A stretch of DNA of 64,000 bases from a virus. Position 1 is the stretch's first letter. Each line of letters begins with the position of its first letter. Positions 1 to 10,922 of this stretch are shown in pieces. The position numbers were made by a program, and so were the translations under genes. The notes under the pieces are model-generated. The model was not told the origin of the DNA. It was given only the letters and a program-made list of their open reading frames with translations, and made no database searches. The stretch lies in IMG/VR virus record IMGVR_UViG_3300027741_000001, one strand, 5' to 3'.

Positions 1-3000
1 AATACTCCTAACTTACCAAGCTCTATCGAGCCGTTTGCATCTCCACCAAATAAAGCAACGCGAACAGCACCAGTTTGCACTTCAAATTGCCCATTTACCG
101 TCAGTCCTGTGCTAGTTGCAGTTCCCGTAAATGCAGGATCAGTAAACATAGTTGCTTTAGATTCATTAGTTACGTTACCGAGTCCGACATCAGTTTTGGT
201 GACAGTATCCCAAGCAGGAGCAGCCGAGTTAGTACCATCACCAGTTTGACGTAGGAATTTCTTAGTACTAGTAGTATTTCCAAGTAATTTAGTAGCTGCT
301 CCAGATGCTCCGCCGTAAATAATGTCGCCCAAAGCGGTCATTAGTGTAGAAGAAATATATGCGTTAGTTGCTGTAAACGCCGCACTTCCTAATGTTCCAC
401 CACCACCAATGTTAAGACCGCTATTGCTGTCATTAGTAGCACTTATTGCAATTGTGTTATTTACGCTAAGAGTCTTACTATTAGCAATTGTCAAAACACC
501 TGTGCTAGTTGTAATTGTTAGGCCATTGTAAGTTTTACCTGTAAGAGCTGATGCAATTTTTCCATCAGCAATTGCAGTGGCATTCCAAGTTCCTGTGCCA
601 ATTGACCCAACTGTAGTGATACTAGTAGAACCTCCCCATGTAGAGAGGGCAGTATTCTCTACGTTGCCAAGGCCAACCACAGATTTAGGAATGCTTGTAG
701 TAGTCCCTAAAGTTCCATCAGCAGCATTAGTTACATATCCCGCTACAGTCAATTTTTTGATAAGTACGTCAGACGAAGTGCTTCCAATATTGACAGTTCC
801 ACCTAAATTATTTAGGCTTAGTGTACTAGGAGTATTAAATGTAAAAGCACCAATTTCATTAGAATCTATACGTAAGTTAGATGTTCCGCTAGTAGCTTCA
901 CCAATCTGGAAAGCATGAGCAGTTGAGGTAGTTGTAACATCTGTAGTAGATGTAAGACGAATAGTGTCTCCAGTAAATCCTCCAGAAGATGTGTAGATAT
1001 TTCCAGAAGATGTGTAGATATTTCCATTAAGAGTTCTAATATTTCCAGTGGATGTATAAATTGCACCACCAGCACTAACATGCCCGGCAGTATCAACATT
1101 TGCAAAAGATGTAGTGCCAGGAATAGAAACTGTAGAAGTTGAAGAGCCGATGGTGACATCCCCGCCAAGTGAGTTTACACCTATGGCAGATTTATTACTA
1201 CCAGTACCACTATAAACTTGAATACTATTACGGTCCATTTGTAGGTTTACATCGCCATTAGCCCCCAATTGAAACCCTTGAGTACCAGTGCCGACACCAC
1301 TGGTAGCGGTAGCTCTTAGTCTTGCATATGTTCCAGTTCCAGCATAGCTAACTCCACCATCATAGACAGCGGCACCATTTACTTTCAAATCACCTACAAC
1401 TGTAATAGTAGATGCACTATTTCCAATTGTTACGTCTCCACCAAAAGTATTTACATTTAGTGTTCCACTTGCGACGGGGCCAGATAACGCTTGAATTCCA
1501 TTGTTATCCATACGAACGTTAGAACTATTGGTCATTCCAATTTGAAGTGGGTGGGTATTTGAATCTAAAGTGTATTGAGTAGTGGATGCAAGGTAAAGTC
1601 TCAAGGTATCAGGCATCTCTATACCGGATGCAGCATTTATAGTTATGGTTTTATTATTAGTTGTTTCGGTAATAACCATTGGTAGGTTATTAAATTTAAA
1701 ACCCTCAATATTAAAAACAACACGTTCTAAAGTTGTAATTTGGTCCGAGAATTCAGACCATACAAATTTAGTGCTAGCTATTCGAATGGTTGAAGGACTA
1801 ACCGAGTCAGCAGCCTCATCAAAAATACCCGAAATTACTGCTCCATACTGCGGAGTTATCTCACCATCTGTAGCATCAATATTTGATGCATTGGCAGATA
1901 GTTCAAACCCAGAAGCTCTATCGCCAGTAGTGAGTTTTAAAGTAGAACTTACATTCCTATAAGTATCTGTAATATATTTATATTGGTACTGCCCACTAGA
2001 TAGAGTAGTTGTATCGCGATCAGCATCCGGGAAAGGCACATAAGTTTCTGTAGAGTCATACATCCCAAGCGATGGACGAGTTAGCATAGTTTTGCTAAAA
2101 GTATTATTTCTAAACCCAATGTTGTCAAAATAATCTAAGTGAGCAGACTGACTTGTTAGATTTATATCTAACCAAGTTTTAGTACCTTCGATTGACGCCT
2201 GAGCAGGATCATAACTGATAAGATCATCAGTGCTACCATACCAACGATTAGTGGGTAGGTATGTGCCATAGAAAAAGTTAGATGCAGTAGACAGATAAGC
2301 ATTATCAGCAATGTAACCAATTGAAACAGAATCAGTAAGTTTTGTAGCAGAAACTACACCATTACCGTCATGCTTTAATAGCCAACCCGGAATATCAAGA
2401 TAGATATCGGCACTAGTTGCAAAGTTAGTAGGGTCTGCTGCTTCGTAAGCAGCTTTTATGCTTTCACCATCAATAATGATTAAATCTGTTTTATACATAG
2501 CTGGAATATCTACTCCAGTCTGTTCATTGTCTAGATATGCCAGCATATAAGTATTAGCATTACTTAGAAGGTATTTATTTATTCCAGCATCCCACTGAGC
2601 TTTTGTTGCAGTAGACAAAACATTAGATATAGCAGTAGTAGACCCATTACCGTATCTAAGTCTTATAGCAGATAAATCTAGTGCAGCTTCATATACTTTA
2701 TATACGGAATTAGACCTAGCTTGATGAGAAGTTAGAGTTAAAACTTGATCCGCTGGAGTAGAAGTTCCATTAGCAGTTATATAAAAATAGTTAGTAGACG
2801 GTGCAGGGCTAGTTAAAACAGTAAAAGTATATCCGGACGTGCCGTCTGCTATTGTATGAGGAGAGTGTGTAGTAGTGCTGTATGTTGCATCAACATCTAG
2901 AAATACTGTATCTCCAGCAGAAAATCCGTGTGATGTACTATTTACTTTTAAGTAATACCCCCCGGTGGTATAACTTTCTATCGAAGTTATAGTTTTTGCC

Positions 3001-4052
3001 ACTGGAACATAATAAGGGAATAGGCTTATACCAAAATATAGACTTCTACCAATATCAAAAATTCCGTAGTCGTCACCCGCGGCATAGTCAATTGTTGCAG
3101 TCAAATATGTAGATAATCCACTGCTAGACCAAGTAAGTTTTCCACCATAAACACTATCACTTTGATAAGGAGTTGCTATATCTAAGGTAGCTAAAGTTAA
3201 CCCAGTGCCAGCAGACCAAGAAGTTGTAGCGGTTTGTAGTACATCGTCAACATCTTTATACTCAAAGCTTGGATTTTCAATTATATTTATATCTTCTGCT
3301 GAAACATAAGTAACACCTTGATTAGAAAAATATCCATAATCAAATTCAGACCTTGAGTAATCTCGAAGATAAAGACCGGCAATATCTTTTATAGCAAGAA
3401 TAGAATAGCCAGAGATTTGATCAACCGTTACGTCAGATCCGGCACTATAATATTTATAAGTTGTATCACTTACGTCTACAATTATTGAAGAGTTGGTGTT
3501 AAAACTAGAATCTTCAACAACCCTAACTTTAATGTAATCCCCTACAGAATAATTGTGCGCCGCAACAGTTATTGTTGCAATTTCAGAATCTCTAGATGCA
3601 GACAGTACGCTAATTTGTTCATCTATATAAGATTTAAAAAGACCGACGTAAGTACCGGAGGTAACTCCGTCGTCTGTTAACCCTAGATCAGAACTTTCAA
3701 GAAGAGTTCCATAAATTACATAATCTCCAAAAGTTCTTTTGACTAAAGGTTGGCTAATATTCCAATAACCAATAGTGCCAGAGTAAGCATTAATATCCCC
3801 ACGAACGTAGACGTTAGCAAACTCAGAGTTTCCGTAACCATCAATTCTCCAACCAGATACTCCTGGAAGATAATTTAAACTGGAAATAGATTTATTATCT
3901 AAAATTACATCTTCACCAATTTCACTAGATCCAATAGCATTTGCGGCAATAGAAGTGACGTAGTTTCTATTATTTAATTTAGTAACATCTTCATTCATAG
4001 CTCTTAAATAATCAGAGAGCTCTTTACTCCTCTGTATGCGTCTATTTGCCAA
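1..4052 (-). CDS. Tail tip / tail fibre (receptor-binding) protein, >1350 aa, 3' end runs off the window
   Basis: Absent from the ORF track because there is no stop in the window. Starts at a TTG at 4052 overlapping the previous stop (MANRRIQRSKELSDYLRAMNEDV...); the same frame reads ...FGGDANGSIELGKLGV at position 3. Contains the tail-tip motif SLNYLPGVSGWRIDGYGNSEFANVYVRGDINAYSGTIGYW, FCCH-like units (AAHNYSVGDYIKV, TSHGFSAGDTVFL) and Thr/Gly-rich fibre repeats. Located after the minor tail gene. Confidence 0.8.
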   Translation of the reverse strand, partial: MANRRIQRSKELSDYLRAMNEDVTKLNNRNYVTSIAANAIGSSEIGEDVILDNKSISSLNYLPGVSGWRIDGYGNSEFANVYVRGDINAYSGTIGYWNISQPLVKRTFGDYVIYGTLLESSDLGLTDDGVTSGTYVGLFKSYIDEQISVLSASRDSEIATITVAAHNYSVGDYIKVRVVEDSSFNTNSSIIVDVSDTTYKYYSAGSDVTVDQISGYSILAIKDIAGLYLRDYSRSEFDYGYFSNQGVTYVSAEDINIIENPSFEYKDVDDVLQTATTSWSAGTGLTLATLDIATPYQSDSVYGGKLTWSSSGLSTYLTATIDYAAGDDYGIFDIGRSLYFGISLFPYYVPVAKTITSIESYTTGGYYLKVNSTSHGFSAGDTVFLDVDATYSTTTHSPHTIADGTSGYTFTVLTSPAPSTNYFYITANGTSTPADQVLTLTSHQARSNSVYKVYEAALDLSAIRLRYGNGSTTAISNVLSTATKAQWDAGINKYLLSNANTYMLAYLDNEQTGVDIPAMYKTDLIIIDGESIKAAYEAADPTNFATSADIYLDIPGWLLKHDGNGVVSATKLTDSVSIGYIADNAYLSTASNFFYGTYLPTNRWYGSTDDLISYDPAQASIEGTKTWLDINLTSQSAHLDYFDNIGFRNNTFSKTMLTRPSLGMYDSTETYVPFPDADRDTTTLSSGQYQYKYITDTYRNVSSTLKLTTGDRASGFELSANASNIDATDGEITPQYGAVISGIFDEAADSVSPSTIRIASTKFVWSEFSDQITTLERVVFNIEGFKFNNLPMVITETTNNKTITINAASGIEMPDTLRLYLASTTQYTLDSNTHPLQIGMTNSSNVRMDNNGIQALSGPVASGTLNVNTFGGDVTIGNSASTITVVGDLKVNGAAVYDGGVSYAGTGTYARLRATATSGVGTGTQGFQLGANGDVNLQMDRNSIQVYSGTGSNKSAIGVNSLGGDVTIGSSTSTVSIPGTTSFANVDTAGHVSAGGAIYTSTGNIRTLNGNIYTSSGNIYTSSGGFTGDTIRLTSTTDVTTTSTAHAFQIGEATSGTSNLRIDSNEIGAFTFNTPSTLSLNNLGGTVNIGSTSSDVLIKKLTVAGYVTNAADGTLGTTTSIPKSVVGLGNVENTALSTWGGSTSITTVGSIGTGTWNATAIADGKIASALTGKTYNGLTITTSTGVLTIANSKTLSVNNTIAISATNDSNSGLNIGGGGTLGSAAFTATNAYISSTLMTALGDIIYGGASGAATKLLGNTTSTKKFLRQTGDGTNSAAPAWDTVTKTDVGLGNVTNESKATMFTDPAFTGTATSTGLTVNGQFEVQTGAVRVALFGGDANGSIELGKLGV
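981..1026. repeat. 21-nt in-frame tandem duplication (GNIYTSS x2) within the fibre gene
   Basis: tccagaagatgtgtagatatt at 981-1001 and 1002-1022, followed by tcca. Confidence 0.9.
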
Positions 4053-7000
4053 CTTTATCCACCTCCCAGTCTGTAACTAGGGTCAAATCAATTTCTTCCG
4101 GAAACGCAGGACTATTTGGAACTGAAACCTTGATATTGTCAATCCTTCTAAGGATAACGTCTTTTCTAGGTTCTAGTACGCTAGCTAATCTACTATTAAT
4201 GAATCCAGACTCGTCGTCAACTATAAGCTGACACCAGTCTCCAGGATTATAAGATCCAATAACTGGAGGCAAAGATCCATTAACTCTAATTATAAAGTCA
4301 CCCTGAGGAGGCCTAGATTGATATAAAAATCTTTTAGCAGTTAGATAGAAATCTGCTTCTGAATCATAGTTACCCCAGTTATCTTTATTAACAGTTATAA
4401 CTAAAGGATTATATTGAGTAGGCCAGTCAATTTTTTCAGCTCTATCTAGGATAGGCCAGCCAGCCTCAAGAAGACCACCATCCGCGGCTCCAGAAAATCG
4501 CGCCATAGAGTTTGGATCTCCGGCACCATTATTACCGGAAACAAACATTCTTGTAGCAGCGTTTTCAGCACTCTCACTCAAGCTAACATTCTCTACGTTT
4601 CCAGGATGCTCAAATGTAATTTTATCAGCACCAAAAGCATAAGGAGGAGCAACTTCACCTATAGGAAGAACGCCGTTTGCTTTTGTAGCTAAATACTCTT
4701 TAAGTGTTACAGGAGTTATAGGTATTAAAACAAATTTACGTTTAAAAGTACTTACACCGCTTGAAGCATCTAAAGTACAATCTATTCGATAATTAAAGCC
4801 ATTTACTGAGTTGCTGTACTGCTCCATATGAGCATCAAGAGTGACCATATCGCTACCACGAACAATGGTGTTTGGGTAGAAATTACCGGTATAAGTAGTG
4901 CCATCAAAATCTAATCCACCAATATTTGCATTGTTGGGAAACTCTCCATAGCTTCTAGAAAATACAACTGGGGTTATAGATACATAAGGAGCATTTATTG
5001 CTGTACCGTTAGGACTCAAAGCTTGCATAGCAATACCGCTTGAAGCTACGTAAGCAGAAGTTTCTGCACTTGAGATATCAAAATAACTATTAGTTCTAGC
5101 AGTTACAGTTGCAGCATTTAAATTATAAACTGCAGGGAGTACACCTTTTATAGTTATTCTATCATTTGTAGAAAAACTATTGGTAGCCATAAATCTTACA
5201 GTTCCGGAAGTTGGAAAAGTAATATTTGTAATAGTTCCAGATGTAGGAATGCTAGAGATAGCGTTAGCTACTGTATAACTAAAAGTATCAGCATCTATTT
5301 TTGTAATTAAAACTGGGGAACTGTCAGTTGGATAATATTTGGAGTATGCTGTACCTGGAAGTACAAGTTTTACTAAATCTTGATTAGAAAAACCATGCCC
5401 TGGAGAGTATAGAGTGATAGTTTTTGTACCAGAAACAGCAGAAATACCGTAAACAGTCTGAGCGGTAATTGATTCAGAATAGTCTAGATAAGCATATGCA
5501 TACAATCTAACGTAAGCAAATGGAGCCCCGGTTGAAGTGCTGGATGCGGTTGCCCCGTCTATATCAACTTTTACTTGACTATTTGATGCAACACTTATTT
5601 TACCTTTGTCATTTAATCTAGCAGCGTTTCCCCCGGTAAATCCAACAACGGTAAGCATTTGTCCTGTAGAAAAAGGTAAGCTAGTTCCATTGTAAGTTAG
5701 TTGAGTCGTAGTTGCAGATCCAGAAGTAAGAGCTTTAGCATCTGAAACCAGCATTGCAGTAGAAACTGCCTTACCATAGTTCGGGCTGCTCAAAGTTTGC
5801 ACCCCTATGGTTGATGCATTAGTTAGACCTTCAACATAAACTTCAAACCATTTAACAGTTGAACCTGGATTGCTAACTTCAGTAATAGTGTAAACATTGC
5901 TCCACGCAAGACTTTTAGCAAAAACATTACCGGCATTAAGTTTTTTAATTTTTGTAACAGTAACTTTAGACCCAACTGTATAGTAATGCTCAGCAACTGT
6001 TGTAAATCTTATAGTTCCAGATTTCTTATTTGAAGTATTTTTTGTAAACTGATATTTAGATATCTGAGCAACTCCTGATGTTGGTGCAGTAGTTACTCCA
6101 GTTCTAAAATTAGTAAGAGTATAAGTAAAACTATTATTATCTACAGATTGAATAGTGGCTCTATACCCATTGTTGTCATAATCTTGAAAAGCCGTAGGAA
6201 ATATTAAATCAATAGAATCTTCAACACTAAATTGATGATTATCTTTTCTAACTGTAACCACATTGTTTTCACAGCTTACGCCAGAAATAGTTACCATGTA
6301 TTTTAAACTTTGTTGATCTAACTGAGCACTAGTTCTTGTAACCGTTCCACTAGTAGTTTTATATTTTTCATCTCCAGCTGCATACTTAGCTGAATTAATT
6401 GCTAAAGCTCTATAGGTAAACGAGTCTCTTGTTGGAGAAATAGTTCCAACCTTGTGAGTACCATCAGCAGCAGTAACTCCAATAGCTACATATACAGAAT
6501 CTCCAACGTTAAATTTAACTGGGACTTGAGTTTTTATTCTTACTGTAGATCTTTTATCAGTTGCATCGGCGGCATACCCAAATACTTTGTAGTCAGTTAC
6601 AGTGTAAACTCCGTCTGGCTCTCCTACAGGTCCATATTCTGGAAGATCGTATCTAAATATATTCTGACCTTTAACTCTACCCGTTACACCAGCGGCTGTT
6701 GCTGTTTTAGCCCTAGTAATATTGTCATCTATGGAGTAAGTAACATAACTTGAACCATCTAAACGTCCTTGTATTGAATCAATTATTTTAAATGAACCAT
6801 TTAAAAAAGTAAGTGAGCCAGTGAATCCGGCTACAGTAAGCATATTGTCATTAACAAAACTATTATTTTTACTAGTGTATAAAGTAGCTACTCCGGCAAG
6901 TGTAGAGTAGTGAGTAATTTTTGTACTAACTACGTTGGTATCAGGATCAGTATTAGAGACAGCACTTACTTTATGGAATCCGTTATAAAGTGGTTGGCTC

Positions 7001-8934
7001 CAACCAGCTCCGTCTACACCAGTAACATACACATACATATCAGTTCTAAGGGGAGTTTCCTCTGAGATACCTAACTCTATTTCAGTTAGTGCACTTGCAT
7101 AATTTATGGTATTTGTGCCAGCTAGCGTAGTAAAAGTCGTTTGCTCTGCTAGATAAGTGGTACCATCTTCTTTTGTAGTAGACACCCCAGTAAGCTCATA
7201 TGAAACAGTTTTTTTAGCGGCATCCACGGATGTGAGAACAACTCCTCCCCCATCTCCATTTGTTAAAGCAGTGTACATATAACTATCATTAACATCTTTT
7301 TTAGTGTCACCGGCAAGGCTAGTGGTTATAGTATCTCCTTTAACAAAAGGAAAAGTTCTACTCTTACTTAAAGATAATTGAAGAGTGACTATGAAAAGAC
7401 TTTTATCAGCATTATAAGATCTCTTAGCCGAAGTCACGCCATATGGTTTAGTAGTTTTTAAAGCCCTAGTAGCTACTTCATATTTATTGGTGTATATATT
7501 AGTAGATGCAATAGCTACCTGAGAAACAACTCCTGGAGATCCTGAAGCAGTGTTCACTCCCGCGTAAGCAGTAGCTGAGTTTGATTTATACCCACCGGCA
7601 ATAACCGATCCATAAGGATTAGCCACTTTAAATGTAGTTCCGTTTGCAAACGTTACAATGCTATTTATTACGTTTAATTTATCCTTATTTGCATTTTTTA
7701 CAGTTACATAATCTCCTTCAGAAAAAGTATTTGCTCCAGTGTATGTGATTAAAGAAGAAGTTGATGTGGCATTTGTAATAGTAACAGATCCACGAGGATT
7801 AGTTATTGCATAAGTAAATGTATTATTGTTAGTTACGCTAAGTATTTTAACATTTGAAAAATTAAAATAGTTGTATCCACCAAAAGTTGGAACACCGGTA
7901 ATAGTCACCCTACTACCCACTTTTAATTTAAATAAGCCATTTGTGTCTACTACGTCAACAACTACAGTTGCAGTAGTTGCACTAGCAGATACTTTAGTTA
8001 TATTGTAGGCAGGAACAGTTACACTAAAAGTATTACTGCTAGGAGTATCAAAAATTAAACGATTACCATCTACGCTCTCGTCTACATTTCGTATATCTAC
8101 GTTTTGACCCGGCACCAAATCATGGTTAGTAGACGTAGTTAGGGTTACAACCCCCCCACTAGAAACTTTATTAGTAATTTCATATGGAATCTTAACTCCT
8201 GGAGTAATAATCTCATTAGCAAATTGAGTGTCAATAAAGTCTTGAGCAGCCTCCTTCATCAACTCTTTTAGATATTCGTAGGTATCAACTCGTACAGAAA
8301 TACTCACGTCTGTATAAGTTCCAGACGGAATATTTGGAATAGTTATGGCAAATTTAGTTGTTGTTGGGGTAGTAGAAGAAGACAGCGGATAGTATCCGTT
8401 GTATTGAATCAAATCAGACCTAGTAAAGCTAACATATACTCGATTTAGATTTCCATAGTCATCTAAAACTTTAATAGGAATTTTTAAGTTTATATTGCTA
8501 GTATTTTGCAAAGAAACTATAGCTGGAAGATCTTTTGTTTGTTTAAATACATTAGCCGTAAATTGATAAGAATATGTTTTCCAGATAATACGATGCTTTA
8601 GATAACTAGTAAACTCTGAAGCAGTGACGTTTAAAGATCTCCCAAAAAGATCATAAGTTCTACCCCAAATAATGCCGCCCCACATACAGACGTCATCACG
8701 AACAACGTAAAGAGCAGACTTTCCCGGAAGTAAGGAGTTATATAAATCAAGATCTTTAGTCTGTTTATTGATAGAAATCTTTCCATCAAAACTTCCTGAA
8801 CCTTTTAAAGTTCTTTCATAGACAACGTCTTCAAAAGGGATCTGAGCAAGAATTTTATTAGACACAATATCAACGGCATAGTAGGTGTACTTAGCTGCTG
8901 TAGCAGACGTACCTATTGGATATGCTTCTGTCAT
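4042..8934 (-). CDS. Minor tail / baseplate hub (Tal-like) protein with many inserted beta-rich (E1-FCCH-like) domains
   Basis: 1630 aa. N-terminus YTYYAVDIVSNKILAQIPFEDVVYERTLKGSGSFDGKI...LYVVRDDVCMWGGIIWGR is typical of actinophage minor tail proteins. About 9 H/N-x-F-x-x-G-D-x-V-x-I units. Second gene after the tape measure. Confidence 0.8.
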   Translation of the reverse strand: MTEAYPIGTSATAAKYTYYAVDIVSNKILAQIPFEDVVYERTLKGSGSFDGKISINKQTKDLDLYNSLLPGKSALYVVRDDVCMWGGIIWGRTYDLFGRSLNVTASEFTSYLKHRIIWKTYSYQFTANVFKQTKDLPAIVSLQNTSNINLKIPIKVLDDYGNLNRVYVSFTRSDLIQYNGYYPLSSSTTPTTTKFAITIPNIPSGTYTDVSISVRVDTYEYLKELMKEAAQDFIDTQFANEIITPGVKIPYEITNKVSSGGVVTLTTSTNHDLVPGQNVDIRNVDESVDGNRLIFDTPSSNTFSVTVPAYNITKVSASATTATVVVDVVDTNGLFKLKVGSRVTITGVPTFGGYNYFNFSNVKILSVTNNNTFTYAITNPRGSVTITNATSTSSLITYTGANTFSEGDYVTVKNANKDKLNVINSIVTFANGTTFKVANPYGSVIAGGYKSNSATAYAGVNTASGSPGVVSQVAIASTNIYTNKYEVATRALKTTKPYGVTSAKRSYNADKSLFIVTLQLSLSKSRTFPFVKGDTITTSLAGDTKKDVNDSYMYTALTNGDGGGVVLTSVDAAKKTVSYELTGVSTTKEDGTTYLAEQTTFTTLAGTNTINYASALTEIELGISEETPLRTDMYVYVTGVDGAGWSQPLYNGFHKVSAVSNTDPDTNVVSTKITHYSTLAGVATLYTSKNNSFVNDNMLTVAGFTGSLTFLNGSFKIIDSIQGRLDGSSYVTYSIDDNITRAKTATAAGVTGRVKGQNIFRYDLPEYGPVGEPDGVYTVTDYKVFGYAADATDKRSTVRIKTQVPVKFNVGDSVYVAIGVTAADGTHKVGTISPTRDSFTYRALAINSAKYAAGDEKYKTTSGTVTRTSAQLDQQSLKYMVTISGVSCENNVVTVRKDNHQFSVEDSIDLIFPTAFQDYDNNGYRATIQSVDNNSFTYTLTNFRTGVTTAPTSGVAQISKYQFTKNTSNKKSGTIRFTTVAEHYYTVGSKVTVTKIKKLNAGNVFAKSLAWSNVYTITEVSNPGSTVKWFEVYVEGLTNASTIGVQTLSSPNYGKAVSTAMLVSDAKALTSGSATTTQLTYNGTSLPFSTGQMLTVVGFTGGNAARLNDKGKISVASNSQVKVDIDGATASSTSTGAPFAYVRLYAYAYLDYSESITAQTVYGISAVSGTKTITLYSPGHGFSNQDLVKLVLPGTAYSKYYPTDSSPVLITKIDADTFSYTVANAISSIPTSGTITNITFPTSGTVRFMATNSFSTNDRITIKGVLPAVYNLNAATVTARTNSYFDISSAETSAYVASSGIAMQALSPNGTAINAPYVSITPVVFSRSYGEFPNNANIGGLDFDGTTYTGNFYPNTIVRGSDMVTLDAHMEQYSNSVNGFNYRIDCTLDASSGVSTFKRKFVLIPITPVTLKEYLATKANGVLPIGEVAPPYAFGADKITFEHPGNVENVSLSESAENAATRMFVSGNNGAGDPNSMARFSGAADGGLLEAGWPILDRAEKIDWPTQYNPLVITVNKDNWGNYDSEADFYLTAKRFLYQSRPPQGDFIIRVNGSLPPVIGSYNPGDWCQLIVDDESGFINSRLASVLEPRKDVILRRIDNIKVSVPNSPAFPEEIDLTLVTDWEVDKVGK

Positions 8935-8966
8935 CTAGACCTCACGTAATTGTCGTTGTATCTATT

Positions 8967-10922
8967 CTAACCGATCCAGCCGGAACGGTATTGGACTACT
9001 ACTTTAGTTGGAGCAGTTGTAGATACTGAAGTGTCACCAGTTTGAACTTGTATTGTATTAGCTCCTGGAACTAGCCTTAACCAATCTATATTTGCATCTA
9101 AAATAGAACGCCCGGCATCAGCTATATCTCGATATTTGACAGTCTGATTGTAAGTATCAATTACAGCAGTATCAGCATTTAATAGATTAGCCGTAGAGCT
9201 AGACACACTGGTAGCCGACAAATCAGCACCGGACGATGCGTATGTAAAAGTATTTGTAGTAACTGAAGTAACAGTTGCTGAATTATAATCAAAAGATCCG
9301 TAACCGCTAATAGAAATGCTGACAGTATCTCCTACAAATAACCCGTGACCAGTTGAGTTTGAGGTAGTTAAAGTTGCCACATTGCTAAATCTAGATACAT
9401 AGCTAATAGGCACAGAATAACCCGCCGCTCTTAACCGTTTAACTAACTTTATAGAAGTTGAATTAGTGAGATTTTTTATATAACTTCCACTAGCCATCGG
9501 GCCAGTTAAAGTTATAACTGTAGGTACAGAAGTGTTACCTAAGTTAGTTATGCTTGCGCTTGAGTAAGCTAATTTTGCAGAACTACCCGTTCCAGAAACG
9601 TAAGCACCGGAATAGCTCCCGGCTACTTCAAACCAAGTACCACTTGGATCTACGTTAGTAACAGCTACTGGAGAAGTGGAAGTTGTATTATATCCTGATG
9701 GACTTACTCCTGAAATAGTCACATAATCTCCTGCTACAAATGTATTTATAGCGGTGTATCTTCTAATTCCAGCTCCCTGGGAGACGTTTGATATAGACTC
9801 AGAAACTTTAAACTGAAAAGGAGTAGCTGAGTAATAGCCATCAGTTGCTTCATAGTTCCACCCATATTTAACTGGATCTCCAGCACGAAGTTGAATGCTG
9901 AAATCTATACGTCCACGAGCATTTTTAACATCCATGGTTGGCTGACCGACCATAAAGACTTTAGAGATCTTTACAGGTCCTTCATCTACAGCTAGAGTTC
10001 CACCTAGATAAACTAAAGGAGAAAGCGCAGATATTAGTTTAGATCTTGCAGCAGCTATATAGTCTGGATGTGGAGGAAGAATAGATCCTTCAAGAGTTAT
10101 AACCCTAGCTTTCCAACGTCCACGAACGTCATATGAACCATCGTCTAAACCACGTGCGATATCTGGAACGTCAGTATCAGGAAGAGTCCACCAACCTTTA
10201 ATATCGGTGCAAACCCAAACAACGTTATTTTCATCAATAGTGTTAAGAACAAGACCGTTAATGTTAATATCTGCGTTTAACTTAAGTCCGCTAATATACG
10301 GAGTAGGCATTTTACGTAGAGCTGCATTGACAATATTATTTTCAAGTGCTTGTTTAGATGCAGCAAGAATTGTAGAATCTTTAGTTTCTACCTGACTTTG
10401 AATGGTGCTCGGAACTTGATCAAAGTTTTCATAAAATTCTTCAATATACGAGTCTTGTTCAAAAAGAATAGCATCTAGGCTAAATTTAGTTATCGTGCTA
10501 GACGTTGTAGGGGTAAACTGAACTTTAGCTTTTACAGCAGTTCCAGGAATAGTTGCAGCAAGAACCGTGGCTCCGATTCTATACCAAACCCCGTCTGCTG
10601 GAACATTTAGAGCTGTAGTTGAAGATAAAACAGAAGAGTTACTTGAGTCATACCAAGTAGTAGTCATAGTAATAGATCCAGCAGTAGATCCAGAAGCTAT
10701 TTTTAAATAAGCAGAAATAGAGTAGTCTTTGGATTCATCTATAGTTACGTAGTCTGTAAGGATTACACCAGTTGACGTCGACGTTACGGAAGATACTTGT
10801 AAGCAAGAAGTTCCAATAAATCCATCAGTAGTGATTCTTGCAATAGATGCGGTGGATAGGGCTGACCAGCCGGTAGAATTTGTTCTAAACGAGGCATTAG
10901 GAATTAAATTTGTACGTGTCAT
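8967..10922 (-). CDS. Distal tail (Dit-like) protein with N-terminal carbohydrate-binding-like module
   Basis: Directly after the tape measure. N-terminal TNLIPNASF...GW CBM-like motif; Dit core VWVCTDIKGWW...ARGLDDGSY...ARVITLEGSI...QLRAGDPVKY; C-terminal WLRLVPGANTI...YRSGW. Confidence 0.8.
   Translation of the reverse strand: MTRTNLIPNASFRTNSTGWSALSTASIARITTDGFIGTSCLQVSSVTSTSTGVILTDYVTIDESKDYSISAYLKIASGSTAGSITMTTTWYDSSNSSVLSSTTALNVPADGVWYRIGATVLAATIPGTAVKAKVQFTPTTSSTITKFSLDAILFEQDSYIEEFYENFDQVPSTIQSQVETKDSTILAASKQALENNIVNAALRKMPTPYISGLKLNADININGLVLNTIDENNVVWVCTDIKGWWTLPDTDVPDIARGLDDGSYDVRGRWKARVITLEGSILPPHPDYIAAARSKLISALSPLVYLGGTLAVDEGPVKISKVFMVGQPTMDVKNARGRIDFSIQLRAGDPVKYGWNYEATDGYYSATPFQFKVSESISNVSQGAGIRRYTAINTFVAGDYVTISGVSPSGYNTTSTSPVAVTNVDPSGTWFEVAGSYSGAYVSGTGSSAKLAYSSASITNLGNTSVPTVITLTGPMASGSYIKNLTNSTSIKLVKRLRAAGYSVPISYVSRFSNVATLTTSNSTGHGLFVGDTVSISISGYGSFDYNSATVTSVTTNTFTYASSGADLSATSVSSSTANLLNADTAVIDTYNQTVKYRDIADAGRSILDANIDWLRLVPGANTIQVQTGDTSVSTTAPTKVVVQYRSGWIG

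Noticed and set aside
1-9000. Diversity-generating retroelement acting on tail genes
   Set aside because: No reverse transcriptase and no adenine-specific TR/VR repeat pair noticed; the fibre C-terminus is outside the window.
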